DNA of 64,000 nucleotides from a bacterium. GTDB lineage: Bacteria > Planctomycetota > UBA8108 > UBA1146. The DNA lies in contig JAPOLY010000005.1 of NCBI GenBank assembly GCA_029976805.1, positions 1,353 through 65,352 of the forward strand. The letters are read 5' to 3'. Made by a program: the position numbers and the translations under genes. Shown piece by piece: positions 8,562 through 18,683 of this stretch (its first letter is position 1; every line of letters begins with the position of its first letter). Below the pieces are notes generated by a model. That model saw nothing but the letters and a program-made list of their open reading frames with translations. It had not been told where the DNA came from and searched no databases.

Positions 8562-11180
8562 TCAGGGTTCGCAACCTTCATCGCAACACAGATCCCCCGC
8601 AGTCGGATCCACCCCGCAGACACCCGGTGCCGGAGGTGCAGATCCTCCAGAGAAAAGATGGGTCAGGAGTGCGACGGGGTCGGCAATATCGAGAACTTCG
8701 TCGTCATTGACATCCCCTGCATTGGCGCATTGAAGAGGACCTCCTGCGAACAAAAAATCCAGCAGTGCGATGGGATCGGCGACATTGATCAAACTGTCGG
8801 TATTGGCGTCCCCACGGACGAAGCGACCACTCACCCACCCGTCCGGAAACTGAACCACACTGACCGTGTTCCCTGATTGCGCGCCATAACCGAGGTTGGC
8901 GGCATAGATTTTGTCACCGGCAGGACTCGCGGCAATTCCAAAGGTGTAATCCCCCCCAACCGGAATGATCCTTTCGATGGCATCGATCATCGGCGGGGAG
9001 TTGGGGTCACCGACGATGTTGAAATCAGGAAGACGCACGATCGCCACATTGCCGAGACCCGCCCCCAACTCTCCTGGACCCGTGTTGGGGTGTCGACTGA
9101 ACCCCCAGTTGGTGACCGCAAGGTAGGAAGTATTTGGAACGAGGACCATCTCTTCCGGTCCGGTCCCGATACGAAGCCTGGCGACCACCTCTCTGGATTG
9201 ACGATCAATGACAGAGGCATGGTCCAGAGATCGATCGAAGCCGAAGTTGCCGACCAGCAGATGCTCTCCATTCTCGGTCAACGCGAGGGCTTGCGGGAAC
9301 TCATCCACGGCGATCGAAGTCGCGACGAGGGTGTCCACCGTGATTTCCCAAACCCTGACCCCCGTGGGGTCTGAAACGTAAACCAAATCCCCCTCCGGAG
9401 CGGCAATCATCTCACGGGGAGCACCAAGCCCCCCGACCTCGCCGAGCACCTGGTGTCCGGGAATCGACCACCGGGTCACTCGCCCGTCTCCAGCGGTGGC
9501 CACAAACAGCGATTGCCCATCCGGCGTAATCGCAAGTCCCAGAGGAGTCACCCCCAATGCGGGAAAAGAATCGATCAGATCGAGGGTCACCGGGTCGATA
9601 CATTCGATCCGGTCCGCCAGATAATTGACGATGTAGAGACGCGTGCCATCCGGAGTCAACGCCAGACGATAGGGGCCCGATGAAACCGGGATCGTCGCCT
9701 CCACCTCATCGGTGGCGAGATCGATCACGGAAAGAGAACTGCCACCCGCTGCCCCACTGAAGTTCGTGACGAAGAGTCGACCGATGCCGGCATGCAGGGC
9801 AAGCCCGATAGGCCCGGTGCCGACTTCGATGGGACTGGCGAGTTCGGAAGGATGATCCGGTGCACACGTCTCTCGCACGAGCAGGGAATACCCTCCGGAT
9901 TCTCCGCTGGCGTGTCCATCGATGACGATGGTGACCGTTTCACCTGCGGCCACGAATGTTGCCGGGATACGGGCACGTGTGGCATCGAGACCGCAACCGT
10001 CATCATTGCAGGCTCTGACATTGGCGTTGGTGGGCTCTGTGGAAACAGACGGGCAGGGGCCGCTGATCAGGGCGATCTCGGTATCAAAATCACTGCCACA
10101 ACTGTCGATTTCAATCCAGGTGTTCTGAGTCGCGGTGTAGCGATAGAAGTGTTCCGGCGCACCCGCAAAAACGAATTGGCACTGGTGCTCAAAACGGGAG
10201 ACTCCAGTGGTCACTCCAGCGACCTGAAAAGGCAGAGAGGGGATGACAAAAGCCTGTTCACACACCTCACCGGGCCCCGGTGGAGGAACCGCTGTTATCG
10301 TCCCCACCGCTTCACCGGAGTCGCTGATTCCGAAGCCATCGAAAACCACGAAATATTCGACCCCCTCCGTCACCATGAAAGAGAGGCGTGATCGCCAACC
10401 GTTCTCTCCGCAGGCATCGTCGCTGCAACCTATCGCGGTACCGGACCCTGCAGGTCCATTCTGGGATCCCGCCAGCGGGCAGTTCCCCTCGTAAACGTAG
10501 ACCTTGGTATCAAAATTGGAGTCACACAGATCGATACGAATCTCGCCCGTCTCTGCGGCGACAAATCGACGAACCACATCGGGAGCTCCGGTCACATCAA
10601 AAGGACAGGATTCGTTATAGTCGTCGACGGCCCCGATGGTCGAAACAGTGCCATTCCACGGGATCGAAATCATCTCTGCCTGCTCACAAAGGTCCGAGGG
10701 GGCCCTCTCCGAGATGCTCAGGTCATAACTTCCGCAGTCGGCAGCCCCGTAACCGTCAACCACCAGGAAATAGTCCACACCCGCCAGCAAGTCGACGTCG
10801 ACCAGTTGTGATCGCCAGCCGTTCACTCCGCAGGCGTCATCATTACAACCGGCGTACACTCCCGAATTTGAAACGGACGGGCAACTGCCTTCGTAAAGAT
10901 AGACCTTCGTATCAAAATCGGAGGAACAGAGATCGATGGTCACGGTGAGGTCCCTGTCGGGCGTGTAGCGATAAACGACGTCTCGTCCGCCGGTTGGATT
11001 AAACGGGCAGATTTCGTTGTAGTCGTCCAGTGCACCGCAGGTCTCACCGCTCCCCACAAAGGGAATCGCACCGATCACCGCTGCCGACGCACAGTCTTCT
11101 CCACCGACACCCTGGGCAGAGAGTATGCCAGGGCAACAAGCGGACAACAGAAGAAGACATGCGAAGCGAAAGAAACCGAT
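8562..11180 (-). CDS. Secreted protein: three Cys-rich PPC-like repeats, YVTN-type beta-propeller and C-terminal dockerin-like domain (start uncertain, ATC 11180 or TTG 11147)
   Basis: Three copies of C..A..I...DVV..F...IDLC.S.FDT.V...C.DDACG...S. Propeller repeats GTGPIGLAL, GPYRLALTPDG and PLGLAITPDG. C-terminus FVRGDANTDSLINVADPIALLDFLF. Confidence 0.85.
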   Translation of the reverse strand: MGFFRFACLLLLSACCPGILSAQGVGGEDCASAAVIGAIPFVGSGETCGALDDYNEICPFNPTGGRDVVYRYTPDRDLTVTIDLCSSDFDTKVYLYEGSCPSVSNSGVYAGCNDDACGVNGWRSQLVDVDLLAGVDYFLVVDGYGAADCGSYDLSISERAPSDLCEQAEMISIPWNGTVSTIGAVDDYNESCPFDVTGAPDVVRRFVAAETGEIRIDLCDSNFDTKVYVYEGNCPLAGSQNGPAGSGTAIGCSDDACGENGWRSRLSFMVTEGVEYFVVFDGFGISDSGEAVGTITAVPPPGPGEVCEQAFVIPSLPFQVAGVTTGVSRFEHQCQFVFAGAPEHFYRYTATQNTWIEIDSCGSDFDTEIALISGPCPSVSTEPTNANVRACNDDGCGLDATRARIPATFVAAGETVTIVIDGHASGESGGYSLLVRETCAPDHPSELASPIEVGTGPIGLALHAGIGRLFVTNFSGAAGGSSLSVIDLATDEVEATIPVSSGPYRLALTPDGTRLYIVNYLADRIECIDPVTLDLIDSFPALGVTPLGLAITPDGQSLFVATAGDGRVTRWSIPGHQVLGEVGGLGAPREMIAAPEGDLVYVSDPTGVRVWEITVDTLVATSIAVDEFPQALALTENGEHLLVGNFGFDRSLDHASVIDRQSREVVARLRIGTGPEEMVLVPNTSYLAVTNWGFSRHPNTGPGELGAGLGNVAIVRLPDFNIVGDPNSPPMIDAIERIIPVGGDYTFGIAASPAGDKIYAANLGYGAQSGNTVSVVQFPDGWVSGRFVRGDANTDSLINVADPIALLDFLFAGGPLQCANAGDVNDDEVLDIADPVALLTHLFSGGSAPPAPGVCGVDPTAGDLCCDEGCEP

Positions 11181-11232
11181 GGGACCTCCAGAACCGAAAA
11201 TCGGGACTTCCCTATTCTACAGGGTGAAATTT

Positions 11233-11270
11233 AAAAAAGGCTCCCGTGATCCTGCCGGATCACGGGAGCC
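11233..11270 (-). terminator. Intrinsic terminator of the 11325-14621 gene
   Basis: Perfect 14-bp stem GGCTCCCGTGATCC / GGATCACGGGAGCC with an A6 run, read as U6 on the minus strand. Confidence 0.9.
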
Positions 11271-11324
11271 TCCATGTCATGCCGAAGTCACTCGAACCTG
11301 TCAGGCCTGATCAGGGACACAGCA

Positions 11325-14300
11325 TTAAGGACACTGAGGGAACGAATCACAGCTCAGGACACTACCATTCGGATCGACCCCGCATACCGGGAACGGAGCC
11401 GCCGGGGGCGCCCCTCCAGCAAACAGGTATGACAGCAGGCTTACCGTATCCGCAATATTGGTCGCATCGTCATCGTTGACGTCAACCGCTGCAATGCAGA
11501 TCGGAGCTCCACTGCTGAAGAGGTAATCCAGAGAAGCCACGGCATCACTGATGTCGTGAGAACCGTCACCATTGATGTCGCCACGGACCCACTCCTGAAC
11601 GTTGCACTCGTCCGGCTCACCGTTATTGTCAGCGTCGGCACTCGTGCCGGACGCGATATCACAGCTGTCCGGAATACCGTTGGCGTTACAGTCTGCCACT
11701 GTGCCGTTGGCCACTTCACAACTGTCGAGAACGCCGCTGCTGTCACAGTCGTTCGCCGGGTCAGCCGAGATCTGACAGCTGTCCGGAGTCGAATCTCCGT
11801 CACAGTCCGTCTCCAGACCACCCACGAGGTCACAGACGTCCAGAGCACCATTCAGGTTGCAGTCCAGCGCGGCGTTGCCAGCGATCTGGCAGGAGTCGAG
11901 CTGGCCATTGAAATCGCAGTCCGGCGCGCCGGCTGCCAAATCACAGCTGTCGAGCTGACCGTTGCTGTCGCAGTCAGGGCCTGCAGTCTGATCGGCGTCA
12001 CAGTTGTTTGGAATGCCGTCACCGTCGATGTCATCGTCGCAGTCGTCGATGGTTCCGTCCTGGTCAGTGTCAACCTCACAGGCGTCCAGGTTGCCGTCAG
12101 TGTCACAGTCTGCCGCACCGGCAGCGAGATCACAAAGATCGGGCACACCATTGGTATCGCAGTCCGCCACACTGCCGTTGGCAGTGCTGCACTCATCCGG
12201 AATGTTATCGAAGTCACAGTCGATGCTGGTGCCGTTGGCAATGTCCTCTGCGTCCGGAGTTCCGTTGGCGTTGCAGTCGGCCACGCCGGAGCAATCCACG
12301 TCTTCGTATGCGAAGTCATCGATGGCGGCTTCCACGATGGAACCGGCACCAAGGTCTCCGACAATAAAGCGCATTTGCACCGTCGAGGTCAGCAAGACAA
12401 AGTCCGCCACGTTGAAGGAATGCTGGATCCAGCCACCGATGGTGTCCGGCCCAGTAGGACCGAGGAGTTCAACATTGGTCCAGTTGGCCAGGTCATCCGA
12501 AATCTGGATCGTCATGGTGTCGGCACCCGGGCTGGCCCCGGCATTGTTGGAATACCAGCGCCAGTAACTGATCACGGGGCTGCTGGCACCCAGCAGGTCC
12601 ATGACCGGGCTGTAGAGGGTGGTCTCTCCACCGTCGACGTCATTCTCACCCAGGGTTCCGCCCACACTTCCCTGACCGGTGAACCAGCAGTTGGTTCCCG
12701 CTGGGGAGTGATCCGCACCCGGCTGAGCAGTCGTGCCAATCGGTGCACCACGCTCCCAGATACCGGTGGTCGCCGTCGCCGGAGCACCCACGCTCCAGCC
12801 ACTGGCCACTTCGAAATCGGTGGTTTCCTCGGTGAGACCAAAGGCACTGACGCCGGTAGCAAGGGCACCACCTGTGGCTCCCTCAGGGTACGTCACGGTC
12901 TGGCCACCCGTGCTCTCGGCAACGATGTACCAGCCAAAGGTTTCCCCGCAGGGAATCGCCGGGAAGGTCATTTCGTAATTCAGTCCGCCGGTGGAAGCCA
13001 ACGGAATGGCCTGACTCCCGGCAGCGGTTTCCACCTGAAGAGACTCGGTTCCGGCAGCCACTGCCGATCCTGCCAACGGGGTGATGGTCACCGCAAAGGT
13101 TTCTCCACCCAAAGGATTGAAGATGGTTGGGTCGCCATTGGGAACCGCAATCGCCAGTGCAGCAGCCACGTCGATTTCGCAGGGAACCACTCCGGAAGGA
13201 GTATTGCCAACGGAAGCGTTCACTCCGTAAACGTGCACACCCGGCAATGCCGAGCTGTCCGTGTAAGAAGTGGACGATCCTGCAAGACTGGTCAACGGAG
13301 TTCCGTCACGGGTGATCTGAATGAGGTCATAGACTTCACCATTACCCCAGGAGAGATCCACACTCTCACCATTCTGGTTACAGGTGAGGCCAGTCACCGG
13401 AAGGGTGAAATCACCACTTGGCGCCAGAATCTCGACACTGGAACTGCCACCACCGGTGAAGTGATCCAGAGTGGCGGTCACAAGAGTCGGCGGAGCGTTC
13501 GCCACGAAACGGAAGCTGTGCATGGTGCCCCAGCGAATCGCGTGGGCATTCACATTCTGGGCTTCCGTCTGGGTGGACCAGCTCATGGTGCCCGCGCCCT
13601 GATTCGGCGTCCAGGCGAGGTTGCTGTAAGGCTCTCCACTATGGTACTCGGGGTGCGTGGAGTCGACACCGGTCAGGGTCACTCCCCCGGCCAGCGGGAA
13701 CTCAAAGGACTGAACATTGCGCGTCGAATCCATGTTGTAGATGGCATACTCGTAGGCGTGCTGGCCCGCACCCAAATCGGTGACACGGTAACCCATGATC
13801 ACGAGACCGTTCTCGGCGTCGAAGACTTCGACCAGGGTCACTTCAGGATCGAAATCTTGCCAGGCCTGAATTCCCGGCTGCTGACGCTGGGTGGTTCCGG
13901 TCAGGCTCATGTTGCGGTTGCCAGTCTGCCCGAAGGTCACTGTTCGGTAAGAGCAGTTGTTGTGGGAGTTGCCTGCGGCGGAGTCATCGACCGTCACGTA
14001 CTGGCCCTCGACGACGTAAATCGCCCCGGGGAATGCGCCATTGTCGATGTCATTGGTGGCCACCCGAAGTCGCTTGGAGGTGGCGTCGTTGATCAGACCC
14101 GAATTAATGATCGGGTACTGGAAGAGACCATTGGCGACATCAAAGACTTCCGAACGGGGACCAAGGCCACTCTGCTGACCATTCAGCCCGGAGGAGTAGG
14201 GGTCCGAACAGCCCACTCCAAGGAGTGAACCGGTTCCGGGGTTGATGCAACCGCACCCACAGACGTTACCGGTCAGGGCCAGGAAGCCATGCTTCAGCCA

Positions 14301-14621
14301 GCTCATGCCGATCTGTTCAAACTTGCCCTCATGCAGACGGTAAAGGTTCTGTCCGATCACCGGATGCTCGTTGGTGTTGGAAATCCACAGCAGAGGCTCG
14401 GTGCCAATATTGCACGAAGTGGTACCCACGCTGTAGGCGTGAAAACCTCCCGCCGCACCATAGTTGGAGGTGCCCACCAGATCACCGATGATCACATCGG
14501 TTCCGGTTCCACCCACACCTCCCTGGCCAGGATCACAAGGCTGTGCCTGAATCGGTGCCGTAAAAGAAAATGCTCCCAGAATGAGAGTGACGACGAGCGC
14601 CATTTTGCTGGTTTGATACAT
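11325..14621 (-). CDS. Large secreted multidomain protein: conserved Cys-rich N-domain, FN3-like module, MAM/jelly-roll-like domain, ~13 Asp/Cys Ca-binding-type repeats and dockerin-like C-terminus
   Basis: GAGGAG SD before ATG 14621 (MYQTSK). Signal peptide ending IQA-Q. Repeats DCxxNGxxDxC. C-terminus WVRGDINGDGSHDISDAVASLDYLF...CGVDP. Confidence 0.88.
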   Translation of the reverse strand: MYQTSKMALVVTLILGAFSFTAPIQAQPCDPGQGGVGGTGTDVIIGDLVGTSNYGAAGGFHAYSVGTTSCNIGTEPLLWISNTNEHPVIGQNLYRLHEGKFEQIGMSWLKHGFLALTGNVCGCGCINPGTGSLLGVGCSDPYSSGLNGQQSGLGPRSEVFDVANGLFQYPIINSGLINDATSKRLRVATNDIDNGAFPGAIYVVEGQYVTVDDSAAGNSHNNCSYRTVTFGQTGNRNMSLTGTTQRQQPGIQAWQDFDPEVTLVEVFDAENGLVIMGYRVTDLGAGQHAYEYAIYNMDSTRNVQSFEFPLAGGVTLTGVDSTHPEYHSGEPYSNLAWTPNQGAGTMSWSTQTEAQNVNAHAIRWGTMHSFRFVANAPPTLVTATLDHFTGGGSSSVEILAPSGDFTLPVTGLTCNQNGESVDLSWGNGEVYDLIQITRDGTPLTSLAGSSTSYTDSSALPGVHVYGVNASVGNTPSGVVPCEIDVAAALAIAVPNGDPTIFNPLGGETFAVTITPLAGSAVAAGTESLQVETAAGSQAIPLASTGGLNYEMTFPAIPCGETFGWYIVAESTGGQTVTYPEGATGGALATGVSAFGLTEETTDFEVASGWSVGAPATATTGIWERGAPIGTTAQPGADHSPAGTNCWFTGQGSVGGTLGENDVDGGETTLYSPVMDLLGASSPVISYWRWYSNNAGASPGADTMTIQISDDLANWTNVELLGPTGPDTIGGWIQHSFNVADFVLLTSTVQMRFIVGDLGAGSIVEAAIDDFAYEDVDCSGVADCNANGTPDAEDIANGTSIDCDFDNIPDECSTANGSVADCDTNGVPDLCDLAAGAADCDTDGNLDACEVDTDQDGTIDDCDDDIDGDGIPNNCDADQTAGPDCDSNGQLDSCDLAAGAPDCDFNGQLDSCQIAGNAALDCNLNGALDVCDLVGGLETDCDGDSTPDSCQISADPANDCDSSGVLDSCEVANGTVADCNANGIPDSCDIASGTSADADNNGEPDECNVQEWVRGDINGDGSHDISDAVASLDYLFSSGAPICIAAVDVNDDDATNIADTVSLLSYLFAGGAPPAAPFPVCGVDPNGSVLSCDSFPQCP

Positions 14622-14966
14622 TTGTGACGTGCTCCTCTGCATGTCGTTTGTCCGGTTACAGACGATCGAGAACAACTCGACCACTACCCTGATCCCGCCC
14701 GTCACACCCCGCTGAAAATTCCTGACGAGGTGCCACCTTCATGAATACTCACAGACGGCATGGTAATACCTTCGCCCATCATACCACTGGTGACACGAAT
14801 GGCACCGGTTCGCATGCTCTGAATGAGATCGGAAATCTGGTGGGGTTAACCCCGATAAAATCCGTCCGTCTCGGTAATTTTGCCATGAAGGTCCTCTTTA
14901 TTCGGCCAATCCTGTCCTCCTGAGGATGCAAGAGGAGCCAGACTGCCAAAACGAGGATCAGGAATT

Positions 14967-15000
14967 GAAAATCCCCCCGATTCCGAAGAATCGGGGGGAT
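14967..15000 (-). terminator. Terminator downstream of tRNA-fMet
   Basis: 13-bp stem ATCCCCCCGATTC / GAATCGGGGGGAT with a UUCG loop and U-run on the minus strand. Confidence 0.8.
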
Positions 15001-15009
15001 CCGATATTT

Positions 15010-15085
15010 TGGTAGCGGGGGCAGGACTCGAACCTGCGACCTTCGGGTTATGAGCCCGACGAGCTGCCAACTGCTCCACCCCGCG
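15010..15085 (-). tRNA. tRNA-fMet (initiator, CAT)
   Basis: CGCGGGGTGGAGCAGTTGGCAGCTCGTCGGGCTCATAACCCGAAGGTCGCAGGTTCGAGTCCTGCCCCCGCTACCA. C1 is unpaired, the anticodon stem has three G-C pairs, and CCA is encoded. Confidence 0.97.
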
Positions 15086-15180
15086 AAAATTCATTAGGCA
15101 AGAGAGGGAAAGTACGAAATCCGAGAGAGTCGGTCAAGATAACCCGAGAGGAAATCAGCAAAGTTCCAAACCCCGGATCC

Positions 15181-16275
15181 TCACGATTTACCCACAAACT
15201 CGTCAATCAGCCCCAGTAACTGCTCTGTGTCTGCCATGGAGATCGCTCCCATGTGAGTAATCCGGAAGGTTTTTTCCTTCAGATCACCGTAACCGTTAGA
15301 GAGGAACATGCCGTGCTCACGGAGGAATCCATTGAGATCGGCAATCGACATTCCACGCGTGTTTTCGATGCAGGTCAGGGAAACCGACTCATAACCCGGC
15401 TCTGCGAAAAGACCGAAGGAGTCTGTCGCCCATTCCCTTACGCGGTTCGCTTTTTGCTGATGAGCCCCAAACCAGGCATCTTCGTCAGCAAGAATCATCC
15501 GCAATCGATCCTTGAGTGCCTGCATGACCGCAATCGTCGGAGTACTTGGAGTCTGATGCTTTTTCCATGACTTGTGCATCGCCAGAACATCAAAGTACAT
15601 CCCCCGATTTTCAATGGTCTCAGCTCTCTCGAGAGCCCGCTCAGAAACCGCCAACAGTGCAAGGCCCGGAGGAATCGCCAGTGCCTTCTGACTGCCTGTC
15701 ACCAAATAGTCGATGGGCGGCAGGGAGTCGAAATGAATTGGCACAGCGCCGGCACTGGTGATGGCATCAACCAGGAGGAACACATCCGGAAAATCTGCCA
15801 CAACCTCGGCGATTTCGGCGAGGGGGTTCATGACTCCGGTACTCGTTTCATTGTGAACGATAGTGACCGCGTCATAGTCACCCTTGGACAATTCCTCCCG
15901 AACCAGTTCCGGCTTGACCGCTTGTCCCCAGGGAACGTCCACCCGGGTCGCATTTTTGCCGTTACTGGCGCAAACTTTGAAGAATCTCTGACTGAAAGCG
16001 CCATTCACGAAACAGAGGACATTTTCCCGAACTCCACAGCGTGCTGCAGTTTCCATTCCCCCGGTCCCCGAGGAGGTCAAGACATAGACAGGATCCTTCG
16101 TGCGGAACAGTCGCTGGGAGTTCGTGTGCAACTCCTCACCCAATACTGAAAATTCCGGTGCACGGTGGCCAATCATCGGGCGAGTCATCGCCTGAAGGAT
16201 AGAATCCTCGACTTCCACCGGTCCGGGAATGAACAGTCGGGGAACATCTCTTTGGGAATCTTCAGGATTTGACAT
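15181..16275 (-). CDS. Class V PLP aminotransferase (alanine-glyoxylate / serine-pyruvate / archaeal-type phosphoserine aminotransferase family)
   Basis: Motifs LFIPGP, SSGTGGME, HNETSTG, VDAITS, GSQKALAIPPG (PLP lysine) and FRITHMG. Confidence 0.9.
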   Translation of the reverse strand: MSNPEDSQRDVPRLFIPGPVEVEDSILQAMTRPMIGHRAPEFSVLGEELHTNSQRLFRTKDPVYVLTSSGTGGMETAARCGVRENVLCFVNGAFSQRFFKVCASNGKNATRVDVPWGQAVKPELVREELSKGDYDAVTIVHNETSTGVMNPLAEIAEVVADFPDVFLLVDAITSAGAVPIHFDSLPPIDYLVTGSQKALAIPPGLALLAVSERALERAETIENRGMYFDVLAMHKSWKKHQTPSTPTIAVMQALKDRLRMILADEDAWFGAHQQKANRVREWATDSFGLFAEPGYESVSLTCIENTRGMSIADLNGFLREHGMFLSNGYGDLKEKTFRITHMGAISMADTEQLLGLIDEFVGKS

Positions 16276-17450
16276 TACACATCCTCCTCATCGGTGTAAC
16301 GAACCACCATTCCGGTGGAAATTTTCGGCTCAAAAAAGGTGGTCTTCGGTGGAAAGACCTCTTGTGCCAGAGTTCTGCTCCAGAACTCTTCTTTCCCCAC
16401 AGGCGGAAGAAGGCAAAGTAATCCGTGCTCACTTCGATCCAAGTGCTCACGGGCAACAGGCTCAAGATGAGGAGTCGCCGGTGAACCCAGATCATCAAAC
16501 TCCCCGACAACATCCGCAAGCCTGCGGGCGAGTGTGGGCTGATCAAGATCGGGTCGAGTTTTCAGAGTCCACTCTTTGCCATTGCTGGCAACAAGACTCC
16601 ACTCCTCGCCTTCACCGTCATCCAAAACCTCGATGATCCGATCGGCAACCAGCTCCAAATCAGGGCCGTCGCCGGGTTTCCAACTCCAGATTCTGTGAGT
16701 CGGATGAATATGGAGACCTTCCTGACGAAGATCACCGATGAAAGAGAGAACAAAGCCCCCACCCACCAATTGATCGTCCCCGGAAAGTTCAATCGCCGTC
16801 GTATAGCGGTGATGCCCATCAGCCACTGCCGAAGGCAGGGGCTCCAAAGCCTCCTCGATGGCCCTGACATGATCGGGGTCATCGATTCGCCTCAGGGTGT
16901 GGACATCGCCCTTGAAGTCTTTGCTTTCAAAGACCAGCTCTCCTGCTTCAGGTCCGGCATCGACTCCCGCAAGGACTTCTTCCAGTCCCTCACAGGAGAG
17001 TTGAACGACACCGGTGTCGATGGTCGTCAATCGCGCCTGAGCAACCAGTCGAGCAACGGTATGCGGGCGAATTTCTTCGTGCCTTTCCACCCCTTCTCCC
17101 CATGGGCGAGCTTCCGCCACTGCGATCACCCCCTGCAAGAGAGAGGTCCCTCCGGCTCGATTGCCGTATCGAATGCTGTAACGATAGATCGCAGGTTTCT
17201 CCTCGTGAATGATGGTGCCCGCTTCCACGGCGGCTCTCATCGATTCTCCGCACTTGCGAAACACATTTTCGTCAGGAGTTACTCCGGGCTCATCGCCGAG
17301 GATCCAACGCACTGCGTTTTCCGGAGCATGATTCAGAAGTTGACCGTGCATTTCATCGGGAATCACATCATAGGGTGGACAGATTACTGCACCCGGGTCG
17401 ACCCGATCTGGGTTGGGGACAAATCCCCTGAACGCCTTCATCCTCGGCAT
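16275..17450 (-). CDS. DUF1015 family protein
   Basis: Motifs MKAFRG, CPPYDVI, RHEE, ADGHHRY, IHPTHR and FPPKTTFFEPKISTG. Its stop overlaps the next start (TAATG). Confidence 0.88.
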   Translation of the reverse strand: MPRMKAFRGFVPNPDRVDPGAVICPPYDVIPDEMHGQLLNHAPENAVRWILGDEPGVTPDENVFRKCGESMRAAVEAGTIIHEEKPAIYRYSIRYGNRAGGTSLLQGVIAVAEARPWGEGVERHEEIRPHTVARLVAQARLTTIDTGVVQLSCEGLEEVLAGVDAGPEAGELVFESKDFKGDVHTLRRIDDPDHVRAIEEALEPLPSAVADGHHRYTTAIELSGDDQLVGGGFVLSFIGDLRQEGLHIHPTHRIWSWKPGDGPDLELVADRIIEVLDDGEGEEWSLVASNGKEWTLKTRPDLDQPTLARRLADVVGEFDDLGSPATPHLEPVAREHLDRSEHGLLCLLPPVGKEEFWSRTLAQEVFPPKTTFFEPKISTGMVVRYTDEEDV

Positions 17451-17453
17451 GTT

Positions 17454-18683
17454 TTACTCCTCCATGTTTGCGTAACAAATATTGAGAGCCTGCAAGGCAT
17501 AGGAGGTAGCCAGAACAGGGTCACCCTCCCACCAACGGTCTACAGGATTCGTCCACGAGCCGTCTTTTCCCTGGCGCTCAAGAAGAACCGTGGCAATCTC
17601 CCGCGCCCAGTCATGCGATTTGCCCTCGGCATCCACCAACTCCTTCTGCCCCAGAACCTCCAGGGTTCTGGCCATGACAGCCAGATAGTAGAAGTAGCCG
17701 GTCTGCCCGCGGGCAGGTTGTTCTGGGGTGGCCATTCCCGGGTTTTCTGTCACGGTCCAATTGCTGCTGATCCACTCCACGGCTGAAGTGACCCGCGGAT
17801 CATCTTTACCAAGCCCGGCATAAATCAGCGATTTCACAGCTGCGTAGGTCATCGAGCCATAGGAGGAAAAGGTCACTGCTCCAGCAGCATCCACCGTTTT
17901 CGCTGCTTTCGATTCGTCAGGGTGGTAGAAGAAACCACCATCTTCACTGGAGGCTTTTTTGACCCCATCGAGGACATCGTTGGAGGATTTTCGATTCTGG
18001 CATCTGGAAATGAAAACTTGAGCCCTCTTCCAGACATCCGAATCCTCGGTCAGTCCTGCAGCATGAAGGGCTTCCAGAGCCAACTGAGTATTACTCAAGT
18101 CCGGGCGACGATCACTGCCGTATCCGACACCACCATAGGAACCGGTGTGCTTCTTTCGATCGAATGCCACCGGTGTTGAATCTTCCGCACACTGAAGGCC
18201 TGCAACGTAATCACGCATTCGGGCGATGGCGTCCCGATAAAGGGGCTCCTTGCGGTTATGGTCCAATGCCGACAAGGCAAGGATGGCAATACTGGTCTTG
18301 TAGTTCATCAAGCCCTGACCCGGGATGTAAACGCCTCCGTCTTCTTGCTGTTGATCCAGCAAGGACTGCACCGCAGCCGTGACAAAAGGGCCATCCTTTT
18401 CACGGTAGGCACGGGGGGTATCAGCCAGGGCCTTGAGTACCATTCCGGTGATTCCCGGATCTCCTGCCATCGATCCCCACGAGCCGTCACTGCGCTGGTT
18501 GTCAATCAGCCAATTCGCTCCACGATCGATGGACTTTTTCAGTCCTGCTTTGTCGAGTCCTCTGGAGTCTTGTCCAAAAACCCCGATAGCAGGGCATACC
18601 AACATGAACAGCAAAATAAGGAGGCTTGAAAAGACAGGGACTCCCTTGTTCTTTTTGACAAAATGATGGTGGGTAACAGTCAT
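17454..18683 (-). CDS. Exported prenyltransferase/squalene-oxidase-repeat (QW-motif alpha/alpha barrel) protein
   Basis: N-terminal hydrophobic segment. QW-like motifs QRSDGSW, QQEDGG and QGKDGSW. Also RPDLSNT and SYGSMTYA. Confidence 0.82.
   Translation of the reverse strand: MTVTHHHFVKKNKGVPVFSSLLILLFMLVCPAIGVFGQDSRGLDKAGLKKSIDRGANWLIDNQRSDGSWGSMAGDPGITGMVLKALADTPRAYREKDGPFVTAAVQSLLDQQQEDGGVYIPGQGLMNYKTSIAILALSALDHNRKEPLYRDAIARMRDYVAGLQCAEDSTPVAFDRKKHTGSYGGVGYGSDRRPDLSNTQLALEALHAAGLTEDSDVWKRAQVFISRCQNRKSSNDVLDGVKKASSEDGGFFYHPDESKAAKTVDAAGAVTFSSYGSMTYAAVKSLIYAGLGKDDPRVTSAVEWISSNWTVTENPGMATPEQPARGQTGYFYYLAVMARTLEVLGQKELVDAEGKSHDWAREIATVLLERQGKDGSWTNPVDRWWEGDPVLATSYALQALNICYANMEE

Noticed and set aside
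11556..14228. 890-aa plus-strand ORF
   Set aside because: It is the antisense shadow of the codon-biased 11325-14621 gene and has no recognisable motifs. The same applies to 681-1772, 21106-22326, 23659-24804, 42297-43352 and 43410-44501.
14800..14814. Sigma-54 promoter-like TGGCAC...TCGCA
   Set aside because: The GG-to-GC spacing is one base shorter than the strict -24/-12 geometry, and no convincing gene lies downstream on that strand.
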